From: Pseudomonadota bacterium
Lineage (GTDB): Bacteria; Pseudomonadota; Alphaproteobacteria; Rhodobacterales; Rhodobacteraceae
DNA length: 64,000 bases
Direction: 5' to 3'
NCBI GenBank assembly: GCA_036338635.1
Contig: JAYZBS010000045.1
Span: forward strand, 4,601-68,600
The notes beneath the pieces are model-generated. The model was not told the DNA's origin. It searched no databases and saw only the letters and a program-made list of their open reading frames with translations. Shown here piece by piece: positions 39,164 through 47,167 of this stretch (the stretch's first letter is position 1; the number at the start of each line of letters is the position of its first letter). A program made the position numbers and the translations under genes.

Positions 39164-41293
39164 ATGACCGATCCTGACACGCCGGCAGCCGTTCCGCCTT
39201 GCCCCGAATGGCGCACTTACGCCGCCGAGATCCTCGACCGCGCGCGCGAGGAGGAGAAGCGCAATGACGCCGAGCGGGCAATCCTGCTTCAGGAGCATGG
39301 CGAGGCCGCTGACGACCTGCCCCCGCTGCGCGGCGAAGGCGCGGTGTCGTATACGTCCCGCCGGCAGCAGATGATGATCCTCTGCCTCGCGGCGACCGTC
39401 GGCAGCGAAGCCCGGCTGCGGGAGGAGCTGGAGCGCAAAGCCGTCGTCGCGATCACCGGCCTGCCGGATGATCTCCTCAAAGATGCGCGCCGGCTCCTGC
39501 CGCTCCTCCTCCCGCCTGGCTGGCAGATTGCGCGGACGGAGCACGAGCGCCGACGTCCCGGCGCGGTCGCGGTGATCGAACCCGGACAGAGCTACAGCGG
39601 CTACGCCCGAGAACAAATGGAGAAAAATCTGGTGGAGGCCCTGACGCTGGATGTGCCGCTTATCCTGCTGCTGCCTGACGCGATATCGGCCGGAGAGATC
39701 CTTGGTGCGGCGGAGGTTCCGCGCTGGCCGTATCGCAGAATGGATCGCGAGATCGCCGCGGAGCTGCTTGCGCTGAGCTGGCCGCAATCCGACCCTGCGG
39801 CCCTTCGCGAGGAGCTGCCGTCAGATGATCAGCTCACGGCGACACCGATGCTGGCTCTCATGCTCGCACTGCGCAGCGACAACATCGAAGAGGCCGCAAA
39901 GGTGCTCCGCGACACGCCCCGGGAGCCGAACCCCGGGACCTTCAAGGACAAGTTCAAAGCGATCGCGCCCGACAAGGCGAAGGCGGAGGCGCGGAAACAG
40001 ACCGGCATTCGCCTCGCTGATCTCGCGGGCCTCGGCGCAGCGCGCGATGTGGCTCTCGGCATCGTCGAGGACCTGAAGGCGTGGCAGGCTGGCGAGCTCT
40101 CCTGGGACGCAGTCCATCGCGGCACGCTCGTCGCCGGCCCTCCCGGCGTCGGCAAAACAGAGTTGGCCCGCGCGATGGCACGCGAACGTGGCATCCACCT
40201 TGAGAGCGGCAGCTACGCTCAGTGGCAATCTCGCGGCGCCCTGGGGGATATGCTCAAGGCGATGCGCGCCAGCTTCGCGACGGCGGCCGACCAGGCGCCG
40301 TCGATCCTTTTTTTGGACGAGCTCGACGCCTTCGGGTCGCGGACGAGCGCGCGAACCAGCCAGCATCAGAGCTACGACACCAAAGTGATTGCCGCCTTGC
40401 TGGAGCAGCTCGACGGCGTCGAGGGGCGGGAGGGTGTCGTAGTGCTGGGCGCGTGCAACCATCCGGACCACATCGACCCCGCAATCCTGCGCGCGGGGCG
40501 TTTCGACACGTGCGTCGAGATATCCCGACCCGACGCCGTGGCCCTCGCGATCATCCTGCGCCAACACCTCGAAAATGACCTGCCCGAGGCCGACCTCACC
40601 GCGCTCGGGCAGATGGCCTTCGGCCTCTCGGGCGCGGACTGCGCGGCCGCCGTTCGGGCGGCACGAGGCGTTGCCCGCCGCGCGGGGCGGCCGCTGACGC
40701 CCGACGATCTGCGCACGGCGCTGGTCCCGAACCATCTCGCGCTGCCCCCGGACATGCGCCGCCGCGCGGCTGTTCATGAAGCCGGCCACGCCGTGGTAAT
40801 GACCGCGCTCGGCGTGGGCGAGGTGAAGGTCCTTCGCCTCAGCCCGGACGGCGGCGAAACGCAACTGCGCTGGTTCAACATGGACGTGACGCGGAACATG
40901 CTGCAGCAGCGCTGCGCCGCGCATCTCGCGGGGCGCGCCGCCGAAATCCTGCTGCTGGGAGAGCCAAGCGGCGGCGCTGGTGGCACCGACGACAGCGATC
41001 TGCACGCCGCGACCGTGCTCATGCTGCAGTGCCACTTGAGCCTCGGCTTGGGGGACGTGGGCCATCTCTCGCTTGGCGCGCCACCCGCGGCAACGACGCT
41101 GCTCGCGCTGCCGGGGTTCATGCGGCAGAACATGCAGCGCGACCTCGACCGGGCGCTCACACTGGCACTGGAAGTTCTCCAACGGCATCGGCCGACCTTG
41201 GAAAGCCTCGCGCGGGATCTCGAGATCCGAGGCTTCCTGGTGGAAGCGGATCTGACAGCGGCGCTGGCCCCAATCGGGGAGAAACTGCCATAA
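39164..41293 (+). CDS. Soluble FtsH-like AAA+ ATPase / peptidase M41
   Basis: GGAGG RBS before ATG 39164; GPPGVGKT, FLDELD, ACNH, ILRAGRFD, HEAGH, SDLHAAT; no TM helix. Confidence 0.88.
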   Translation: MTDPDTPAAVPPCPEWRTYAAEILDRAREEEKRNDAERAILLQEHGEAADDLPPLRGEGAVSYTSRRQQMMILCLAATVGSEARLREELERKAVVAITGLPDDLLKDARRLLPLLLPPGWQIARTEHERRRPGAVAVIEPGQSYSGYAREQMEKNLVEALTLDVPLILLLPDAISAGEILGAAEVPRWPYRRMDREIAAELLALSWPQSDPAALREELPSDDQLTATPMLALMLALRSDNIEEAAKVLRDTPREPNPGTFKDKFKAIAPDKAKAEARKQTGIRLADLAGLGAARDVALGIVEDLKAWQAGELSWDAVHRGTLVAGPPGVGKTELARAMARERGIHLESGSYAQWQSRGALGDMLKAMRASFATAADQAPSILFLDELDAFGSRTSARTSQHQSYDTKVIAALLEQLDGVEGREGVVVLGACNHPDHIDPAILRAGRFDTCVEISRPDAVALAIILRQHLENDLPEADLTALGQMAFGLSGADCAAAVRAARGVARRAGRPLTPDDLRTALVPNHLALPPDMRRRAAVHEAGHAVVMTALGVGEVKVLRLSPDGGETQLRWFNMDVTRNMLQQRCAAHLAGRAAEILLLGEPSGGAGGTDDSDLHAATVLMLQCHLSLGLGDVGHLSLGAPPAATTLLALPGFMRQNMQRDLDRALTLALEVLQRHRPTLESLARDLEIRGFLVEADLTAALAPIGEKLP

Positions 41294-41756
41294 ACGTCCT
41301 GATGCCGTCCCGATGAGACGATGATTGGCTACGACGGAGGCTGCATGACCATTGCGGGCTCTCAAGCGGCAAGCCCCGGCCGTCGCCATTGCTCAATCGA
41401 TCAAAGCGAGAGACTGCGCCCCGGAGGGGGTAAATGCTGCGAGATTGCCGGGACGAGACTGCCCGGCGGCGCCCTGCCCGGGATTTCGCCCGCAACACTC
41501 GTATGGCTGCGTGAAGGTCCCGGCGCCGCGTGCTTCTTGCCTTCCCTCACCAAGTCGTTATGTTCTGGCGCGCCCGGCCGGGAAGGCCGGGCCTGTTGCG
41601 CGTGCATCCGCATGCGCCGACGCGCGGCCTTTCGTGGCGCGCCTTCGGCCTGAACGCCGATCCGGATAAAGCCGCGGCCTGCGGCATTCGCAAACAGCGG
41701 TTGCCGCCTGCGGCATCGCCTTGGGCCGCTTTGTGTCAACAACGACGACAGGTGCA

Positions 41757-43394
41757 ATGCAACCCTATACACTTGGAACACCGCTGATCCTTTCGCTGAT
41801 GCTTCTGTTCTTCGGCGGGACCTTTTTTCTTTCGCTTTCCGTCGGCCGCAGACGCGAGAACGCCGACAACTACATGACTGCGGGCAATCAGGTCGGCTTC
41901 GGCATCTCTGCCGCCTCGATGACTGCGACCTGGATCTGGGCCTCATCGCTCTATGCCTCCGCCACATCCGGATACACCTATGGGATTTCCGGCCCGATCC
42001 ATTACGGATTGTGGGGCGCGCTGATGATCCTGTTCATCTATCCCTTCGGCCGTCGTATCCGCAGTCTGGCACCAGAGGCGCATACGCTGGCCGAGATCCT
42101 GCACGCGCGGCATGGCCGGTCCAGCCAGCTGATCCTTGCAGGGTCCAACGTGCTCGGCAGCCTGCTCAGCCTGACATCCAACTTCATCGCCGGCGGCGCG
42201 CTGATCGCGATGCTGTCGCCCTTGTCCTTCAGCGCGGGCATCCTGATGATCGCGAGCGGCGTGCTGCTTTACACGCTGTGGTCGGGGGTGCGGGCGTCGA
42301 TCCTGACCGACTTCATTCAGGTCTGCGCGATGTTGGGGGCCGTCGTGGTGATCGTGCCGGCGGTGTTCTTCGCAGCGGGCGGTCCGGCGATCTTCACCGA
42401 AGGGGCCATGAACCTGACCCCCTCGCAGCAGAACTTCTTTTCTTCCGATGCGTTTTTCAATCAGGGCGCGCCCTATATCGCGGCAGTTCTGGCCTATGCG
42501 ATCGGCAACCAGACCATCGCGCAGCGCCTGTTTGCCGTGCGCGAGGACAAGATCAAGCAGACCTTCGTCACCGCGACAGTCGGTTATGGCGCAACGGTGA
42601 TCGGCGTCGGCGTGCTGGGCGTGCTGGCACTCTATCTGGGCGTCGACCCGGCCGGAGGCGATACGAACAACCTGATCCCGCAGCTTGCCTCGACCTATCT
42701 GGGGCCACTTCTTCTGTGCGTGTTCTTCGTGATGGTCATCGGATCGCTGGCCTCGACGGCGGATTCGGATCTGGCGGCTATGTCGTCGATCGTGATGACC
42801 GACATCTATGGCCGCAACATCGCCAAGGGCGATGCGGACCCGCGCCTGATGCTGCTGATCGGGCGCGTCACGATGATCATCGCCACCGGCGCCGCGCTGT
42901 TCTTTGCCAGCGCGAAGTTCAACATTCTTGAGCTGCTGGTTCTGGTCGGGGCGATCTGGGGGGCACTGGTCTTTCCCGTGATCGCCAGCTTCTATTGGGC
43001 CAAGGTCACCAACCGCGCCTTCACCGTGTCGGTTCTAGCTGCATTGGCGGCGTTCTTTCCCGTGCGCTTCGGGCTGATCCCGCTGGAGGGTGGCTTGGCC
43101 ATCGTCACCGACGTTCTGGCAGTGATCGGCGTCGGCGTGATCGCGGGGCTGATGATCTTCGGCTTTCTGGGCGCCCGCGCCGGCGTCTCGGCCGGGATCA
43201 TGGCGACACTGGTCGTCCTGCCCTTCGGGATCGGTTTTCTGCATCTCTATCCGGTGCTGACGGCCTCGCTGCTGGCCTATGCCATCAGCATGATCCTGTG
43301 CGTCGCCCTGTCCTGGGGCAGTGACGAGCAGTTCGACTTCAAACGCATCAGCCGCAAGACCGGCAGCTTCGACCAAAACAAAGTCACAGCCTGA
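41757..43394 (+). CDS. Sodium:solute symporter family protein (DUR3/urea-transporter-like)
   Basis: YMTAG..SMTATWIWASS, SILTDFIQ, LASTADSDL; many TM helices. Confidence 0.85.
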   Translation: MQPYTLGTPLILSLMLLFFGGTFFLSLSVGRRRENADNYMTAGNQVGFGISAASMTATWIWASSLYASATSGYTYGISGPIHYGLWGALMILFIYPFGRRIRSLAPEAHTLAEILHARHGRSSQLILAGSNVLGSLLSLTSNFIAGGALIAMLSPLSFSAGILMIASGVLLYTLWSGVRASILTDFIQVCAMLGAVVVIVPAVFFAAGGPAIFTEGAMNLTPSQQNFFSSDAFFNQGAPYIAAVLAYAIGNQTIAQRLFAVREDKIKQTFVTATVGYGATVIGVGVLGVLALYLGVDPAGGDTNNLIPQLASTYLGPLLLCVFFVMVIGSLASTADSDLAAMSSIVMTDIYGRNIAKGDADPRLMLLIGRVTMIIATGAALFFASAKFNILELLVLVGAIWGALVFPVIASFYWAKVTNRAFTVSVLAALAAFFPVRFGLIPLEGGLAIVTDVLAVIGVGVIAGLMIFGFLGARAGVSAGIMATLVVLPFGIGFLHLYPVLTASLLAYAISMILCVALSWGSDEQFDFKRISRKTGSFDQNKVTA

Positions 43395-43405
43395 GAGGAG
43401 CCAAG

Positions 43406-43537
43406 ATGACACCGACGTTTCTGACCGCATATGTCCTGATCTGCCCGGTCATCGTGGCAGTCGTCCTGTTCGTACTCGTTCGCGCGTTCTGGAGCGAATG
43501 GCGCAAGGCCAGACGACAGGGCCGAAGCATCATCTAA
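43406..43537 (+). CDS. 43-aa single-TM small protein, probable transporter small subunit (absent from the ORF track)
   Basis: GAGGAG RBS; MTPTFLTAYVLICPVIVAVVLFVLVRAFWSEWRKARRQGRSII; followed by a terminator. Confidence 0.8.
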   Translation: MTPTFLTAYVLICPVIVAVVLFVLVRAFWSEWRKARRQGRSII

Positions 43538-43547
43538 CTACCAAAGG

Positions 43548-43574
43548 GGGCGCCTCAGGGCGCCCATTTTATTT
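43548..43574 (+). terminator. Intrinsic terminator
   Basis: GGGCGCC-tcag-GGCGCCC followed by ATTTTATTT. Confidence 0.75.
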
Positions 43575-43829
43575 CGCGGGGCTCTCCGGGATCCTGCACT
43601 TTCGGAAGGTCGATCCTGCATTTGACAGCTTGCACGACGCAGAAGGTGAGGCTCTTTGAAGGCCTGTCAACGGCTGCTCCGAGCTGGCGGCGCAGGCGCC
43701 ATAATTCCGGTCCGAGCTCTGTCCTTCCAGCAGTTCTGTCGGATCGCCGCCTGAAGGCCGAGGCGGTTGTCGCCCTCCTCCGTCATGTCTTGCGGTCTGC
43801 GACAGATCCTGTCGATCATCCCCCCGGCC

Positions 43830-43892
43830 TAAATTTTAAAGATCTATTATGTATATTTATCAGGTACTTAATATGCTTTAGGTATGATATGA
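43830..43892. other. AT-rich tract (possible unwinding element or promoter relic)
   Basis: AAATTTTAAAGATCTATTATGTATATTTAT..TTAATATGCTTTAGG within otherwise GC-rich DNA. Confidence 0.5.
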
Positions 43893-43998
43893 GGTTCGCG
43901 GTGATCACCCGGCGTACTTGGCAATGCCTTTAACCCGGCCCTCGCCAGCGACCTCCGGCTTGGCGCCGGAAGCCATACGCCTGCCCCCTCGTAAGGGT

Positions 43999-44018
43999 GG
44001 GTAACCCGCGGGTTACCC
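43999..44018. repeat. Perfect 20-bp palindrome, candidate parS
   Basis: GGGTAACCCGCGGGTTACCC overlaps the parB stop; half-site TTAACCCG at 43930. Confidence 0.7.
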
Positions 44019-44504
44019 TTCCCCAAGAACCCTGTGAAAGGCCTCGATCGCGCTTTGCAGTCGCTTCCGGTCGATCGACGAAAAGTCCGTGTCCGAGAGG
44101 ATACGGCATTCCCCTTTGCGGGCAGTCACCTTTGCTGCCCCGACATGAAACTCGTACTTGACCGCCTTTTTCTGATCTGCAGCCCGCCCAGGAGCACCTC
44201 GATCAACTGGGGAGGCGAAGAAGCGCGAAAGCACATCGACCTGCTCGTCCGCCGAGCGCACCGACGCCAATGCGTCCCGAAGGTGTTGGGCGGTTTCCGG
44301 CGACGCCTGAATGCGCCTGGCAACCTCCACCCCAGATTGCGCGAGATGGCCTTGGGATAGGGAAGGACGTCGCCGAGTTCCTGCAGCAGGAAGACGAAGC
44401 TGCGGATATAGGACCGTTTCATCTTGTGAAGCGATGCAAAGATCCGACCGAAAAGGACATCCGGGCCCTGCCCGTCCAGCCCGGAATCCCCCGCCGCGGT
44501 GATG
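44013..44504 (-). pseudogene. Plasmid ParB-like partition protein, C-terminal remnant
   Basis: SLHKMKRSYIRSF..PKAISRNLG|VEVAR..YEFHVGAAKVTARKGECRI; cut by the IS at 44505; -1 in a G-run near 44330. Confidence 0.6.
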
Positions 44505-45555
44505 GGCTTTGTTGCGCAAAGTCTGAAGGGGGATTCAGCTGTCGACTCCAGCGTGGTAACCGTGCTGCATGAGCAGACCCACCCCGCCGAGCTACAAGAC
44601 CAAGAACTGGCCAGCGTATAACGAAGCCCTCAAGCAGCGCGGCTCTCTGACCATCTGGTTCGACCCGGACATGGCGTGGGTGCCGCCACCGACCGGCATG
44701 CGAGGCCGGCAGCCGCAGTATAGCGATGCCGCGATCCAGACGTGCCTGACGATGAAGGTGCTCTTCGGCATGGCGCTCCGTCAGACGAGCGGCTTCGTCG
44801 AGAGCCTGCTGCGCCTGGCCGGCCTCGATTGGACGGTGCCGGATTTCAGCACGCTGAGCAGGCGCCAGAAGACGTTGGCCGTGTCCATTCCCTACCGGGG
44901 CTCACAGGGGCCGCTGAACCTGCTGATCGACAGCACCGGCATCAAGGCGGAGGGCGAAGGCGAGTGGAATGCCCGCAAGCACGGCGGCGCGAAACGCCGC
45001 CTCTGGCGCAAGATCCACATCGGCGTCGATGAACAGACGCTGGAAATTCGAGCCATCGAGGTTACCGGTAGCAGCGTCGGCGATGCGCCCATGCTGCCTG
45101 AACTGCTCAGCCAGATCCCCGCCGGTGTGGAGCTCGGCACGGTCACCGCGGATGGCGCCTACGACACGCGCAAGTGCCATGACGCCGTCGCCGACCGAGG
45201 CGCCCATGCGATCATTCCGCCGCGCAGGAACGCCAGGCCCTGGAAGCCATCGACAGCGGGCGCGATCGCCCGGAACGAAGCACTGCGCGCATCGAAATAC
45301 CTCGGCCGCGCGATTTGGCGAAAGTGGAGCGGTTACCATCGCCGAAGCCGCGCCGAGACGAAGATGCATTGCGTGAAGCTGCTCGGGCAGAGCCTCATGG
45401 CACGCGACTTCGACCGCCAAGTCGCTGAACTCCAAATCCGCGCCGCCGTGCTCAACGGCTACACCGCGCTCGGCATACCTGTCACAGAACTCGTGGGATA
45501 AGCCCGCCAGGGGAAAGGGGAAGCCCGGCCTTCAAGCTCTTTGCGCAACAAAGCC
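44505..45555 (+). mobile_element. Intact IS5-family (IS903 group) element, 1051 bp
   Basis: Perfect 16-bp TIR GGCTTTGTTGCGCAAA at 44505-44520 and 45540-45555; no flanking direct repeat. Confidence 0.95.
44569..45501 (+). CDS. IS5-family DDE transposase
   Basis: IDSTG, ADGAYD, RSRAETKM; uninterrupted 310 aa. Confidence 0.95.
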   Translation: MSRPTPPSYKTKNWPAYNEALKQRGSLTIWFDPDMAWVPPPTGMRGRQPQYSDAAIQTCLTMKVLFGMALRQTSGFVESLLRLAGLDWTVPDFSTLSRRQKTLAVSIPYRGSQGPLNLLIDSTGIKAEGEGEWNARKHGGAKRRLWRKIHIGVDEQTLEIRAIEVTGSSVGDAPMLPELLSQIPAGVELGTVTADGAYDTRKCHDAVADRGAHAIIPPRRNARPWKPSTAGAIARNEALRASKYLGRAIWRKWSGYHRRSRAETKMHCVKLLGQSLMARDFDRQVAELQIRAAVLNGYTALGIPVTELVG

Positions 45556-46042
45556 GCTTGCGGGTCGAGATCGTCGCCCAATCCGTGGCCGCCGCCCGCG
45601 CGATGGCAGTCGAGGATCTGGGCCCGGCCTTGGGGGTGACGGTAGGTGCACGCCCTTTTGGCGCCTACCCGGGGCCGCCGCTTGCGCCGCCATGATTACA
45701 AGTAATCAGACTGTGGTCATTGGTTCTGTCGGAGGATTTGGCTGTCCCACATTTGGATCTGTCCGAATACCAAGAGTGTAGAAAGAAGCGTCGGTATGGT
45801 CTCGGCACAGATACATTCTGGCCGCTGCATCTCAGTTAGGCAGTGTTTTCCCGTAACCAAAGTCCGTTGGCTATAGGAGCATTCTCTGTTCGCCGTATGA
45901 GCATCGGCCCAGTTCGAATTGCGTTTCACCTTGATCGTCAGGCATTCGCGACCGCGCTCATCCAGGCTTTGGCCATGACAGCTGGATGAGGTGTGGCCGC
46001 CTTTGGCAATCGTTTCAGTTTTTGGGTTGACCAAGCCAGCTG

Positions 46043-47047
46043 TCAAAGATCGCTTCGCTCTTCCGATGTGACCGGTGGAGCCCAATAGGCAGCAGAGGTG
46101 ATTTGCTTGCGCGGCAGACCACGTTTCAGAAGAAGGGCGCGCGCGGCGCGGGCCTCAGGCGCGCTGGCAGCGAACCAGACATGCATATCTGCCGCGATCT
46201 CGGTTTCCTCCAGCGCGGCCAAGAGATTGCCGCAGCGGCTGACCCGAGGATCAGCGTCAAGCGCGCCCAGATCGTCTCTGTCACAACGCAGGATCGCGCG
46301 CGCGCAGCCTTGCGTCAGCGACAGGATTCGCGCAACGGCAGGCAGCGCCGTCTGATCGCCCATCAGCAGCAGACTGGGTGCATCGGGGCACCAGCCGCCC
46401 CCCGGCCCCAGAACGCCGACCGTCTGGCCCACCGGGTCGGACGCCACCCAGTCACATGTTGGGCTGGGGGTATGGTGGAAGATGTCGAATTCCAGCCAGT
46501 CAGGGCCATAACCCAAAACAGTATAGACCGGGCGGTGCAGCGCGTCACTCCCCTCGGGCCAGAGGGTGCGGCCCGTGGCGGCGACGCGAGGCCACACCGC
46601 AATGCGGCCAGCCGGGGGCAACAGCAGGCGGAAATGCAGGCCCCCATGGCCAAAGCGTCCGGCGTCCGGGCCTGTCAGCCGCACCCGCCGGAACCCCGTC
46701 ACCGGACGCGTGACGGCGGATACCGTCATCAGCGACAATCCCGGAGCAAGGGCGCCTGCCTGAACGTTTTCCCACGCGACCTGCAGGCCCGCCTCGGCCA
46801 TGATCTCGGTCGCGCTGTCGCGCAGGATGCCGATCAGCCGATCCTCCGGGGCCAGCAGGTCGATGCGCAGTGCGCCCGCATCGGGGATCAACCGCAGCTC
46901 GGCCCCCCAGATGTGCAGGCAAAGACCGTCGGTGGTCTCGGTCAGCGGCACATCCCATGCCGCAGCCCGCGCCTTCAGCGCCGCCACCGCCGCACCCGAC
47001 GCGGGCGCAATCAGGCCGGTTCCGTGATAGTTGCGCAGGTGGGTCAT
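46043..47047 (-). CDS. Siderophore-interacting protein (FAD-binding ferric reductase) with N-terminal DUF2218-like extension
   Basis: GLHFRLLLPP, RPVYTV, GPGGG, GDQTALPA, AAYW. Confidence 0.88.
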   Translation of the reverse strand: MTHLRNYHGTGLIAPASGAAVAALKARAAAWDVPLTETTDGLCLHIWGAELRLIPDAGALRIDLLAPEDRLIGILRDSATEIMAEAGLQVAWENVQAGALAPGLSLMTVSAVTRPVTGFRRVRLTGPDAGRFGHGGLHFRLLLPPAGRIAVWPRVAATGRTLWPEGSDALHRPVYTVLGYGPDWLEFDIFHHTPSPTCDWVASDPVGQTVGVLGPGGGWCPDAPSLLLMGDQTALPAVARILSLTQGCARAILRCDRDDLGALDADPRVSRCGNLLAALEETEIAADMHVWFAASAPEARAARALLLKRGLPRKQITSAAYWAPPVTSEERSDL

Positions 47048-47109
47048 GGGCACCACGTCGGGAAAAGCGGACGGTCGGATTTGAGAATCCGCCGGAGAGA
47101 TTGGCAGAT

Positions 47110-47152
47110 TGACGAATCCGACAGAAAAGATCAGATATGATCAAACGTGTCA
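47110..47152. promoter_or_regulatory. Tandem Iron-Rhodo-box-like sites in the divergent promoter
   Basis: TGAT-N7-GTCA (47138-47152) and CGAC-N7-ATCA (47119-47133) versus the TGAC-N7-GTCA consensus. Confidence 0.4.
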
Positions 47153-47167
47153 ATCCAGCAGGCGATC

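Larger units (their letters stand above)
31795..41293 (+). mobile_element. Putative integrative/mobilisable element or integrated mobilisable plasmid remnant (mob module + DUF927 helicase + cargo)
   Basis: Seven co-oriented genes: MobC-like, RHH, relaxase, DUF927, orphan, GIY-YIG, AAA-M41. No integrase, coupling protein or T4SS seen. Confidence 0.65.

Noticed and set aside
39164-41293. Housekeeping ftsH
   Set aside because: No TM segments, no FVG pore motif, mobile-element context.
41447-41485. Guanidine-III riboswitch look-alike (CCGGGACGAG...CCCGG) upstream of the SSS gene
   Set aside because: The second pseudoknot stem and the conserved 3' segment cannot be found, and it is far from the start codon. 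An Rfam scan would settle it.
45717-46085. 122-aa minus-strand ORF
   Set aside because: Atypical composition, no RBS or motif; likely a degraded relic.
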